In this document: positions 18,693 to 30,828 of the stretch, in pieces
How the letters are laid out: each line of letters opens with the position of its first letter
Position numbering within the stretch: position 1 is the first letter of the stretch
From: an uncultured Bacillota bacterium
Lineage (GTDB): Bacteria; Bacillota_I; Bacilli_A; RF39; UBA660
NCBI GenBank assembly: GCA_945867665.1
Contig: CAMBIR010000002.1
Coordinates: 48,039-112,038 of the forward strand
Length of the DNA: 64,000 nucleotides
Direction: 5' to 3'
The notes under the pieces: model-generated
What the model was told of the DNA's origin: nothing
Seen by the model: only the letters and a program-made list of their open reading frames with translations
The model's database searches: none
Position numbers and translations under genes: made by a program

Positions 18693-21518
18693 ATGGATAA
18701 GATTGTTGTTAAAGGTGCTAGGGTTAATAATTTAAAGAATATTGATGTAGAAATTCCTAAGAATAAGTTGGTTGTGATTACTGGGGTAAGTGGCTCTGGA
18801 AAGAGTTCTTTAGCGTTTGATACGATTTATGCTGAGGGGCAGAGAAGGTATGTAGAATCTTTGTCTGCTTATGCTAGGCAATTTTTAGGAAATACAGAAA
18901 GAGTTGATGTGGATAGTATTGAGGGATTATCTCCTTCGATTAGTATTGATCAGAAGACAACAAATAATAATCCTAGGAGTACGGTTGGTACGGTTACTGA
19001 AATTTATGATTATTTGCGCCTTTTATTTGCTCGGATTGGTACGCCTTATTGTCCAAATCATCATGTTCCTATTACGAGCCAGAGTATTGAGGAGATGGTG
19101 AATAAGGTTCTTTCGTATGATGAGGGAACAAAGATTATGGTTTTATCTCCTATTGCTCGTGGAGAAAAGGGAAGTCATAAAGAGACTTTAGATATGTTAA
19201 GGCGCGAGGGGTATGTTCGAGTAAAGATTGATGGAGAAGTTTATGATTTATCTAGTGAAATAGAATTAGATAAAAATAAGAAACATACCATTTATGTTAT
19301 TGTGGATAGGCTTGTTGTTAAAGATTCGATTCGTAGTAGATTATATGAGGCGATGGAAGTAGCGACTAATCTTGGGAAGGGTAAGGTTATTGTTGATGTT
19401 GTTTCTGTGGGAGAAGTTTTATTTAGTGAAAATTTTGCTTGTCCTTATTGTGATTATTCACTAGAGGAGTTAGAGCCTAGGATATTCTCTTTTAATGCAC
19501 CTTATGGAGCATGTCCTACTTGTAAGGGGTTAGGTGTTCAATATAAGATTGATGTTGATTTAGTTATTCCTGATAAGAATAAGTCTATTAATGAAGGGGC
19601 TATTACGACAATTAGTGTGGATGATGATAATAATATTATTATGACGCAACTTCGAGCAGTTAGTGAATATTATGGAATTGATTTAAACCAAAAAATTAAA
19701 GATTTGAAAAAACAGGATTTGGATATTATTTTGTATGGTTCTCCTGATGTTTTAGAGTATCATTATGTTTCTAAGAATGGAAATACACGAGTTTCAAGGG
19801 ATTTCTTTGAAGGTGTTATTACCAATTTAGAGAGAAGATATATTGAGACAAAGAGTGGCTGGATTAGGGAGTGGATTGAGCGATTTATGATGGAATTTCC
19901 TTGTGAGGAGTGTGGAGGTGCTAGACTTAAAAAAGAGGTTTTATCCGTTCTTGTAGAGGGGAAGAATATTTTTGAAGTAACCAATTTATCGATTCGTGAT
20001 TTAAGAGAATTTATTGGGCATTTATCTTTATCGAAGGAACAAGCGGAGATATCAGAAATTTTAGTCAAGGAAATTTTATCGCGATTAGATTTTTTGATGA
20101 ATGTTGGTCTTGATTATTTGACTTTATCGAGGAGTGCTGGTACTTTATCTGGTGGCGAGAGTCAGAGAATAAGACTGGCTACGCAGATTGGTTCTAGACT
20201 TACTGGTGTTTTATATGTGCTTGATGAACCTAGTATTGGACTTCATCAAAGAGATAATCGAAAACTTATTGATTCTTTACTTAAAATGAGAGATTTGGGG
20301 AATTCTTTAATTGTTGTAGAACATGATACGGATACGATGCTAGCGGCTGATTATTTGATTGATATTGGTCCTCTTGCTGGTGATAATGGTGGGCTTGTTA
20401 TGGCTTGCGGAACACCTAAGGAGGTAATGCAGGATGAGAATAGTTTGACGGGTAAGTATTTAACGGGAGAATATAAAATTGAAGTTCCCGCTAAAAGAAG
20501 ACGTGGGAATAAAAAGTACTTAACAATAAAAGGGGCTAGTGAGCATAATTTGAAAAATATTAATGTGAAGATTCCTCTTGGAACATTTACTTGTGTAACG
20601 GGAGTAAGTGGCTCTGGAAAAAGTACTTTAGTGAATGAAATTTTATATAAAGCACTTGCTAATCATTTGTATCGTTCAAAAGAAAAACCAGGTAAATATA
20701 AGGAAATTAAGGGATTAGAAAATATTGATAAAGTTATCCAAATTACGCAAAATCCAATTGGTCGGACACCTCGGAGTAATCCGGCTACTTATGTTTCGGT
20801 TTTTGATGATATTCGGGATATTTTTGCAGAGACAAAAGAAGCTAAGATAAGAGGCTATGACAAGGGGAGATTTTCTTTTAATGTTAAAGGAGGAAGATGC
20901 GAAGCTTGTTGGGGGGACGGTGTTAAGAAAATTGAAATGCATTTCTTACCGGATGTTTATGTTGCTTGTGAAGTTTGTGGAGGTACACGCTATAATCGTG
21001 AAACTTTGCAAATTAAATATAAGGATAAAAGTATTTATGATGTTTTGAATATGCGGGTGGATGAGGCTTTAGAGTTTTTTGAAAATCACGCTAAGGTTCG
21101 GAATAAATTACAGGTTCTTCATGATGTGGGGCTTGGCTATGTCGAATTAGGGCAGCCAGCACCTACTTTATCTGGTGGGGAAGCAGCTCGAGTGAAATTG
21201 GCTAAAGAATTGCAAAAGAAGGCTACTGGTAAGAGTTTATTTATTTTAGATGAACCAACGACGGGTCTTCATTCTCATGATATTAAAAAATTATTAAAAA
21301 TATTAGAGCGAATTGTAGATAATGGGGATACAGTTTTAGTTATTGAACATAATTTGGATGTTATCAAGGTTGCAGACTATATTATTGATTTAGGTCCCGA
21401 AGGAGGAGATATGGGGGGGAATATTGTTGCAACAGGAACACCTGAGGAGGTTAGTTTGGTTGATTCATCTTATACAGGACAGTTCTTAAAGGAAATACTT
21501 AAAAAAGATAAGTCCTAG
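18693..21518 (+). CDS. uvrA: Excinuclease ABC subunit A
   Basis: Two ABC modules (GVSGSGKSSLAFDT, GVSGSGKSTLVNE, LSGGESQR, LSGGEAAR), zinc-finger cysteines, 941 aa. Confidence 0.97.
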   Translation: MDKIVVKGARVNNLKNIDVEIPKNKLVVITGVSGSGKSSLAFDTIYAEGQRRYVESLSAYARQFLGNTERVDVDSIEGLSPSISIDQKTTNNNPRSTVGTVTEIYDYLRLLFARIGTPYCPNHHVPITSQSIEEMVNKVLSYDEGTKIMVLSPIARGEKGSHKETLDMLRREGYVRVKIDGEVYDLSSEIELDKNKKHTIYVIVDRLVVKDSIRSRLYEAMEVATNLGKGKVIVDVVSVGEVLFSENFACPYCDYSLEELEPRIFSFNAPYGACPTCKGLGVQYKIDVDLVIPDKNKSINEGAITTISVDDDNNIIMTQLRAVSEYYGIDLNQKIKDLKKQDLDIILYGSPDVLEYHYVSKNGNTRVSRDFFEGVITNLERRYIETKSGWIREWIERFMMEFPCEECGGARLKKEVLSVLVEGKNIFEVTNLSIRDLREFIGHLSLSKEQAEISEILVKEILSRLDFLMNVGLDYLTLSRSAGTLSGGESQRIRLATQIGSRLTGVLYVLDEPSIGLHQRDNRKLIDSLLKMRDLGNSLIVVEHDTDTMLAADYLIDIGPLAGDNGGLVMACGTPKEVMQDENSLTGKYLTGEYKIEVPAKRRRGNKKYLTIKGASEHNLKNINVKIPLGTFTCVTGVSGSGKSTLVNEILYKALANHLYRSKEKPGKYKEIKGLENIDKVIQITQNPIGRTPRSNPATYVSVFDDIRDIFAETKEAKIRGYDKGRFSFNVKGGRCEACWGDGVKKIEMHFLPDVYVACEVCGGTRYNRETLQIKYKDKSIYDVLNMRVDEALEFFENHAKVRNKLQVLHDVGLGYVELGQPAPTLSGGEAARVKLAKELQKKATGKSLFILDEPTTGLHSHDIKKLLKILERIVDNGDTVLVIEHNLDVIKVADYIIDLGPEGGDMGGNIVATGTPEEVSLVDSSYTGQFLKEILKKDKS

Positions 21519-21569
21519 GGAATTCTTTTTTAATGGTGTCGGAAATATTTTTGGAAATAAGGGATAGAA

Positions 21570-22442
21570 ATGAAGGAAATATTAGCATATTTGAAATATT
21601 TACAGGCAGTAAGGAAGTATTCAGAGCATACTGTTTTAGGATATCGAGAAGATTTGATGGAATTATATGATTTTAAAAATGATGTTTTAGCCTACCAGGA
21701 GAAGGATGTTCGTGACTATTTAGAATATTTGTATTCAAGAGGATTATCAAGAAATACGATTTCGAGGAAACTTAGTTCAATTCGAAGTTTTTACCATTAT
21801 TTGGAAGATGAAGGGAAGATTTCTTTGAATTATTTTGGAGAGGTATCTAATCCGAAGCGACAGAGTTTGTTGCCTAAATATGTTCGGGATAGTGATTTGG
21901 AAAAGATGTTTCATGTGTTTTCTATGGATGATGCTTTGGGACAGAGGAATACTTTGCTATTAGAGATGCTTTATGCAACTGGGGTTCGGGTTAGTGAACT
22001 CGTGGGTATTCGGATTTCGGATATTAATTTGTATGATAGGACTATTCATATTTTGGGGAAGGGTCGGAAAGAGAGAGTTGTATTTTTTGGCACTTACTGT
22101 GATAATGTTTTAAGAGTTTATTTAGAGGATGGCTATAAAATACTGAATCAGAAAAAAAGTGGTTATTTATTTTTAAATAAATTTGGAGATGTATTATCCA
22201 CTAGATATGTGAGAAAAGTTATTGATGATGCAGTATTAAGATGTGGGATAGAGTATCATATTTCACCACATACTTTGAGGCATACTTTTGCTACAGATAT
22301 GCTTAATCAGGGTGCTGATTTAATGACGGTAAAAGAGTTACTGGGACATAGTTCTGTTAATACAACCGGAATTTATACGCATGTTAGTAACGAGAGACTT
22401 CGGCAGGTTTATGAATTTGCTCATCCTAGAGGGAAGGAATAA
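21570..22442 (+). CDS. Tyrosine recombinase of the XerC/XerD family
   Basis: 290 aa with catalytic-region motifs: ATGVRVSELVGI, HTLRHTFATDML, LLGHSSVNTTGIYTHV. Confidence 0.85.
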   Translation: MKEILAYLKYLQAVRKYSEHTVLGYREDLMELYDFKNDVLAYQEKDVRDYLEYLYSRGLSRNTISRKLSSIRSFYHYLEDEGKISLNYFGEVSNPKRQSLLPKYVRDSDLEKMFHVFSMDDALGQRNTLLLEMLYATGVRVSELVGIRISDINLYDRTIHILGKGRKERVVFFGTYCDNVLRVYLEDGYKILNQKKSGYLFLNKFGDVLSTRYVRKVIDDAVLRCGIEYHISPHTLRHTFATDMLNQGADLMTVKELLGHSSVNTTGIYTHVSNERLRQVYEFAHPRGKE

Positions 22443-22525
22443 TTCTCTCTTTTTTTTGTATTAATGGTACAGATTTGTTCGGCTTTAGAAGTATTTTTTT
22501 CCTATCAAGAACTGATGTTTTCTGT

Positions 22526-22554
22526 TTGACATTGAAGTGCCTTGATGTTATAAT
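22526..22554 (+). promoter_or_regulatory. Consensus SigA promoter of the F1-like ATPase operon
   Basis: TTGACA (22526-22531), 17-nt spacer, TGt-TATAAT (22549-22554). Confidence 0.7.
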
Positions 22555-22588
22555 TTTATGTAGAGTATAGGAGTGTTCCTAGAGATAA

Positions 22589-22849
<261 letters not shown>

Positions 22850-22850
22850 G

Positions 22851-23615
22851 ATGACTGTTTTAATTTTATTAGCGATTTTTTTGATTTGTCTACTTGTTGT
22901 GATGATGTTTTTCATTTTAAAAAGTACAGTGAAGAAGATAAATTCTCAGACAAAGTTGTATTTTGTGGATAAGTTGCAAGAGTATGACGAGATGATTGAT
23001 AAAAAGGAAGCCAAATTAAACCTTATTAATCAAGAAATTAAAGAAAAGGAAATAAAGGATTATGAAGAGAAGAAGGGGTTAGAGAAAAAGAATTATGAGT
23101 TTGATTATCAGATTATTGAACTTTTGAATAAGACTAAGTATCAAGATAAGAATTTATTTGAGTTAAATAAAATGATTGATGAGAAATTTTCAATTGATTA
23201 TGTTTGGTTGATTAAAAAGTTTTTAGCTCAGGTTAAGGATGATGGTGCCTATCAATTTTGTCTAGATTTTAGAAAAAAATTTACCAGTGGGGTTATTTAT
23301 GAATTAAAGGTAATGTCAGAAGAAGAACAAAATCGGTATATGAAGCAGTTTTTAACGGAGAAGGAATTCTTTTTGTATGAGACTTATCTTCAGTTAAATC
23401 AGAAGAGTGATATTGATTCTTTTCTTGATTATTTGAATGAGTTAGTTGATTTGAATAATCCTAATATTTTGGTATATGTGGGGGATAAGTCGACTAGTTA
23501 TGATTATTTATCAAAGTATGTTAAGACTGTTTATTCTAAGGAAATTTATAAGGGAATTAAGATAATTTATCGGAATCATATTTATGATTATAGCCTAAAT
23601 GAAAGGAATGTTTAG
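22851..23615 (+). CDS. Single-TM coiled-coil protein, candidate b/delta-like peripheral stalk
   Basis: N-terminal TM, then a K/E-rich predicted coiled coil, then a globular C-terminal part. It ends in GIKIIYRNHIYDYSL, reminiscent of the delta/OSCP C-terminus (G-hydrophobic-x-V-x-x-G-x-x-x-I-D-x-S). Located in the b/delta position upstream of alpha. Confidence 0.4.
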   Translation: MTVLILLAIFLICLLVVMMFFILKSTVKKINSQTKLYFVDKLQEYDEMIDKKEAKLNLINQEIKEKEIKDYEEKKGLEKKNYEFDYQIIELLNKTKYQDKNLFELNKMIDEKFSIDYVWLIKKFLAQVKDDGAYQFCLDFRKKFTSGVIYELKVMSEEEQNRYMKQFLTEKEFFLYETYLQLNQKSDIDSFLDYLNELVDLNNPNILVYVGDKSTSYDYLSKYVKTVYSKEIYKGIKIIYRNHIYDYSLNERNV

Positions 23616-23616
23616 T

Positions 23617-26652
<3,036 letters not shown>

Positions 26653-26654
26653 AT

Positions 26655-27191
26655 ATGAAGAATGAAGAGATTATTCAAGAATTAATTAGCTTTTTTAGTG
26701 TTGCTGTTGTATTCTTAGTGGTTATTGCTTTGATTTTTATGATATTTTGTAAACGATTTAAGTTTAATAATAAAAATATCGAATTATATGGTTTATTACT
26801 GGATTTAAATACGCCCTCTCTTATTTCCATATCGGCTCTTACCATTAATTATTTATTTTTAGTTTGGTGCACCATTAGTTTTAAAGGAATACAGGTTGTT
26901 TATGTAGCGATTACTTTAATTTTAGTTTTAATTAGTGAAGCAGTTATAGATAATTTTAAATCTCTTCCTTTGTCACTTGGTTTAACAATTGTTAATTGTT
27001 TGTCTATTCAAGTTGTTTATAAGTTATATCAATATTTAGTTGAGGAGAATTTTTCTTACATTTTGTTAATTGTTTTATTTTTATTAATTTTGTTTGTCTT
27101 CTTGTATTATACTTATAATTTATTTAGAGGAATTAATAATGTTGTTGTTGGACATAAATATTTAAAAGGAAAAAGACAATATAAAGTATAA
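26655..27191 (+). CDS. Membrane protein with about five TM helices, function unknown (X0-sector candidate)
   Basis: Starts 2 nt after the epsilon-like stop. About five hydrophobic helices. I see no recognisable a-subunit RLFGN-type stator motif within a helix. Confidence 0.4.
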   Translation: MKNEEIIQELISFFSVAVVFLVVIALIFMIFCKRFKFNNKNIELYGLLLDLNTPSLISISALTINYLFLVWCTISFKGIQVVYVAITLILVLISEAVIDNFKSLPLSLGLTIVNCLSIQVVYKLYQYLVEENFSYILLIVLFLLILFVFLYYTYNLFRGINNVVVGHKYLKGKRQYKV

Positions 27192-27221
27192 ATTTAGTTG
27201 TTTTTTTGAAGGAGGATAATT

Positions 27222-28004
27222 ATGGGAAGTATTAAAAATGTTGTAAAAGTTATGAATTTCCATTCCTTACTTCGAGTAGATAAGGCTAGAAAAAAGGCTG
27301 AAAATTATTTGAAGGTGGGGAATGAAATTACGACAATACTGAGTGAGATTTTATATAATAAAAATATTGTCTTAGATAAAAATATTTTAGTTCCTAATCC
27401 AGAAGCACCGATTTTAGATATTTATATTGCCAATGATTATGGATATTGTGGTGATTTTAATTCTAGTGTTCGAAGGGCAATTTTAAAGAATCCAGATAAT
27501 GATAAAATTATTATTGGGAAAAAAATTGTTTATAAAGATAATAAAACGGTGCTAAAGATTGAAAAAGATGATTTTAATCTTAGGTTTGTTGAGATACAAC
27601 ACTATATTGAAAAGTCACTTTTAGATATGTCTTACCGAGAGATTAATATTTACTATAATCATTATTATTCTTCAACTACATTTGCTTTTAAAAAAATACA
27701 AGCATTTCCTATCGAGTTTAAGGGTGAATATTATGAGGGGAATGATTTTGTATCAGAGACTGATTTAAAGAAAATGTTGAAAAGTTTAGTATCTTTTTAT
27801 ATTTGTTATCAATTAAAAATGTGTGAGTGTATTAGTGAAGCAGCAGAAAACTTAAACCGTAATCAGATTACGAGGGCTGCTTTAGATAAAATTGAGGAAA
27901 AAGAAGAAGAGGAAAGAGCGATGGTACTTCGAAAGAAGAATGAAGAAGCGGCATTTAAGAATGTTGAAAATTATAAAAAGGTTGTACAAATAGGTGATTC
28001 ATAA
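27222..28004 (+). CDS. F1 gamma-subunit-like protein (short)
   Basis: GGAGG RBS. The N-terminal IKNVVKVMNFHSLLRVDKARKKAE resembles the gamma N-terminal helix. IANDYGYCGDFNSSVRRAIL matches gamma's (S/T)DRGLCGxxNSN region. C-terminal helix with RNQITRAALDKIEE. Confidence 0.6.
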   Translation: MGSIKNVVKVMNFHSLLRVDKARKKAENYLKVGNEITTILSEILYNKNIVLDKNILVPNPEAPILDIYIANDYGYCGDFNSSVRRAILKNPDNDKIIIGKKIVYKDNKTVLKIEKDDFNLRFVEIQHYIEKSLLDMSYREINIYYNHYYSSTTFAFKKIQAFPIEFKGEYYEGNDFVSETDLKKMLKSLVSFYICYQLKMCECISEAAENLNRNQITRAALDKIEEKEEEERAMVLRKKNEEAAFKNVENYKKVVQIGDS

Positions 28005-28168
28005 TGAATAAGGAAAAAAATCAAGAGGATATCATTGATATTTTGAAAAGTGCTCAGGAGAAAGTTTCAGGAATTGTTTTACCATCAATGGGCCTTTTAG
28101 ATAATGAGGAGAGTATCTATGTTGATGGAAAGGAAGTCATCAGTCAAAAAGATGATAAGGAGGAGTAG
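28004..28168 (+). CDS. 54-aa acidic protein, function unknown
   Basis: Not in the track because it is under 60 aa. Its ATG shares the A of the gamma-like TAA (ATAATG). Product: MNKEKNQEDIIDILKSAQEKVSGIVLPSMGLLDNEESIYVDGKEVISQKDDKEE. Its 3' end carries the AAGGAGG RBS of flp. Confidence 0.35.
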   Translation: MNKEKNQEDIIDILKSAQEKVSGIVLPSMGLLDNEESIYVDGKEVISQKDDKEE

Positions 28169-28170
28169 GA

Positions 28171-28383
28171 ATGTTAAATAGAAAAGGTCAAACTTTGGTA
28201 GAATATGTGCTTATTATTTCATTAGTTACAGTTGTTGCTATTGCGGCTGTTCGTATTTTTGGTGGGTATTTGAAAGATTCTATTACAAAGATGAGTTGTT
28301 CAATGGTTGGTAAGGAGTATGTTGAGGCAAACACGATTGGTAAAGGATACTGCAAGGGGGATGAAGACAAGTTATTTGAGTAG
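28171..28383 (+). CDS. flp: Flp/Fap-family type IVb prepilin
   Basis: MLNRKG-QTLVEYVLIISLVTVVAIAAVRIFGGYL: basic leader ending in Gly, then xTxVEY and a hydrophobic helix, which is the Flp signature. 70 aa. Starts 2 nt after the preceding stop. Confidence 0.8.
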   Translation: MLNRKGQTLVEYVLIISLVTVVAIAAVRIFGGYLKDSITKMSCSMVGKEYVEANTIGKGYCKGDEDKLFE

Positions 28384-28489
28384 TCTATTTTATAATACTT
28401 ATGTAGATGATTTTTTAGTAAATGATATTCAGAGATAGTACTAGGACCATCAAAAAAATCTTACTTTTTTGGTAAGACTTCTTTGGTGG

Positions 28490-28651
28490 TTATTTCTTTT
28501 TTTCTATTTCTTTAATTTATTTAAGAGAAATACCTGTAATTTCAGAAATGGTTTCTATATTAATCTTTTTCTCTAGTCTAAGTTAGTTCATTATTTAAAA
28601 TCGTAATCGTAGCAAGGAAATAAATTTTTCTTCTATTCGGGTATTTGTCAT
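28490..28651 (-). pseudogene. Decayed remnant of a small helix-turn-helix-tail gene
   Basis: On the minus strand, GAAAGGAGAG then ATG. One frame reads MTNTRIEEKFISLLRLRF*IMN*LRLEKKINIETISEITGISLK*IKEIEKKK*. There are three in-frame TAA stops before the final one. The xxIETISEITGISLKxIKEIE part looks like the C-terminal HTH tail of Rpn/YhgA-like proteins. Confidence 0.3.
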
Positions 28652-28811
28652 TTTTCTCTCCTTTCTAAAGGGGCTACTTGTCCCTCTAATTATATTATTC
28701 GCCTGATTTTTTCAAAATCCTTCTTGTATTAAAAAAATATTAATATTTTTTGATTGTTATTAATTTTTAATAAAAAGAGTTAAACTGTAGGATAAAAGAA
28801 AGTTAAGTATT

Positions 28812-28853
28812 TTAGCAATATAAATTGACAATTGCTAATTAAGGTGCTATCAT
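28812..28853 (+). promoter_or_regulatory. htpG promoter overlapped by a CIRCE-like inverted repeat
   Basis: TTAGCAATA-N9-AATTGCTAA at 28812-28838, compared with the CIRCE consensus TTAGCACTC-N9-GAGTGCTAA. TTGACA at 28825-28830, 17-nt spacer, TATCAT at 28848-28853. Confidence 0.45.
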
Positions 28854-28893
28854 TAATGTTAGTTAAGAATTTAACTAGAAATGAGGGACATTT

Positions 28894-30819
28894 ATGGAAA
28901 AAGATAAAGATAAAAAAGAAAAGAAAGAGAAAAAACAATTTAAGGCTGAATCAAAAAAATTATTAGATTTAATGATTCATTCTATTTATACGAATAAAGA
29001 AATATTTTTAAGAGAATTATTATCGAATGCAAGTGATGCGATTGATAAACTAGCTTATCGGGCATTAACAGATGATTCTTTAGATGTTAAAAAAGAAGAT
29101 TTTGCCATTCATATTGATATTGATAAAGAAAGAAGAAAATTAATAATATCTGATAATGGTTGTGGAATGACCAAAGAAGAATTAGAAAATAATTTAGGAA
29201 CTATCGCGAAAAGTGGTTCGTTGGATTTTAAAAAGATGCTTGAGAAAAAAGATGGACAAGATGTTGATATCATTGGTCAATTTGGAGTAGGATTTTATTC
29301 TGCCTTTATGGTAAGTGATAAGATTAAAGTGGAAAGTAAATCAGTTGACTCTGATAAGGCTTATATTTGGAAAAGCGAAGGGGCTGATGGCTATGAAATT
29401 AAACCAGGAAAAAGAAAAGATACTGGTACAACAATTACCTTAAGTATTAAAGAGGATACGGATGAGGAAAATTATAGTGAATTTTTAGATACTTATCGTA
29501 TAGAATCCATTGTCAAAAAATATTCAGATTATATTCGCTATCCAATAAAAATGATGGTAGAGCATTCTAAATTAAAAGAGGGAAGTGAAAATGAATATGA
29601 AAAAGAGGTTGTAGAAGAGACAGTCAATAGTATGATTCCTTTATGGAAGAAAGAGAAAAAAGATATTACAGAAGAAGAATATCAAAATTTCTATAGTTCT
29701 AAATTCTTTGATTATGATAAACCTTTAAAAACAATTCATACTAAGGTAGAAGGTCAATGTAGTTATAATGCTCTTTTATATATTCCAGGTCATTTGCCAT
29801 ATGATTTTTATACTAAAGAATACGAAAAAGGATTACAATTATATTCTAGTGGTGTCTTAATTATGGATAAATGTGCGGATTTGTTGCCGGATTATTTTAG
29901 TTTTGTAAAAGGTCTTGTTGATACAGAAGATATTTCTTTAAATATTTCTAGGGAAATTTTACAACAAAATCATTCTCTAAAATTAATTGCTAAAAGTATT
30001 GAGAAAAAAATCAAAAAAGAATTAGAAACCATGTTGAAAGAGAAACGAGAAACTTATGAGTCATTCTTTAAAACATTTGGTATGCAAATTAAATTTGGTG
30101 TTTATGCAGACTATGGTACGCATAAAGATGATTTAAAAGATTTATTAATGTTCTATTCGTCAACTGAAAAAAAATTAGTTACTTTAGATGAGTATGTTTC
30201 TAGAATGAAAGAGGGACAAGAGAATATTTATTATGCTTGTGGAGAGAGTGTAGATAAGGTAGATAATATGCCTCAAGTAGAAGGAATTAAAGAAAAAGGC
30301 TATGAAATTCTTTATTTAACGGAGTATGTTGATGAATTCGCTCTTCAAACATTAACGACTTATAATGCGAAAAAGTTTGTAAATGTATCAAATGATACTG
30401 TAGATTTAGATAGTGAAGAAGAAAAGAAGGAACTAGAAGAAGCAAATAAGAATGCGAAAGAGATGTTTGAAGAAATGAAAAAAGTATTAGAAAGTAATAA
30501 TATTTCAGATATTAAATTTACGCATCGTTTGAAGAAACATCCTGTTTGCTTAACTACTGAAGGAGAACTATCTACTAGTATGGAAAAAGTTTTAAATGCT
30601 CTTCCAAATGATAATAAAGTGAATGCCAAAATGATTATGGAGATTAATGAGAATCATCCAATTAGTAAGAAAATTAAAGATTTATATGTGAATAATCGAG
30701 AAGAATTAGAAAAATATACAAAGATATTATATGCACAAGCAAGATTAATTGAGGGACTTCCAATTGATAATCCAACGGAGATTAGTAATTTGATTTGTGA
30801 TGTAATTTCAGAAAATTAG
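28894..30819 (+). CDS. htpG: Molecular chaperone HtpG (Hsp90)
   Basis: Motifs: IFLRELLSNASDAIDK, GQFGVGFYSAFMV, LNISREILQQ. 641 aa, with a K/E-rich N-terminal extension. Confidence 0.95.
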   Translation: MEKDKDKKEKKEKKQFKAESKKLLDLMIHSIYTNKEIFLRELLSNASDAIDKLAYRALTDDSLDVKKEDFAIHIDIDKERRKLIISDNGCGMTKEELENNLGTIAKSGSLDFKKMLEKKDGQDVDIIGQFGVGFYSAFMVSDKIKVESKSVDSDKAYIWKSEGADGYEIKPGKRKDTGTTITLSIKEDTDEENYSEFLDTYRIESIVKKYSDYIRYPIKMMVEHSKLKEGSENEYEKEVVEETVNSMIPLWKKEKKDITEEEYQNFYSSKFFDYDKPLKTIHTKVEGQCSYNALLYIPGHLPYDFYTKEYEKGLQLYSSGVLIMDKCADLLPDYFSFVKGLVDTEDISLNISREILQQNHSLKLIAKSIEKKIKKELETMLKEKRETYESFFKTFGMQIKFGVYADYGTHKDDLKDLLMFYSSTEKKLVTLDEYVSRMKEGQENIYYACGESVDKVDNMPQVEGIKEKGYEILYLTEYVDEFALQTLTTYNAKKFVNVSNDTVDLDSEEEKKELEEANKNAKEMFEEMKKVLESNNISDIKFTHRLKKHPVCLTTEGELSTSMEKVLNALPNDNKVNAKMIMEINENHPISKKIKDLYVNNREELEKYTKILYAQARLIEGLPIDNPTEISNLICDVISEN

Positions 30820-30828
30820 GAGTTTTTT

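Noticed and set aside
21570-22442. The tyrosine recombinase as the integrase of a mobile element carrying the ATPase cluster.
   Set aside because: Its size (290 aa) and motifs are those of housekeeping XerC/XerD, and I saw no flanking direct repeats. Island status of the ATPase block is left as an open check rather than a claim.
28452-28480. The hairpin TCTTAC-ttttttg-GTAAGA as the terminator of the ATPase-flp operon.
   Set aside because: The stem is only 6 bp and the T-run is on the minus-strand side (the plus strand has an A-run upstream). It fits better as the terminator of the decayed minus-strand remnant. The true 3' end of the flp transcript is unresolved.
28803-28811. A recurrent TTAAGTATT / AATACTTAA 9-mer in intergenic regions, at about 11941, 28803, 31743, 57797, 59291, 59333 and 62427. 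A 16-mer, AATACTTAATTTAGAT, is shared by 57796 and 59290.
   Set aside because: For an 8-of-9 A/T word in DNA this AT-rich, several copies per 64 kb are expected by chance, and the positions relative to genes are inconsistent. It is only worth revisiting with genome-wide statistics.
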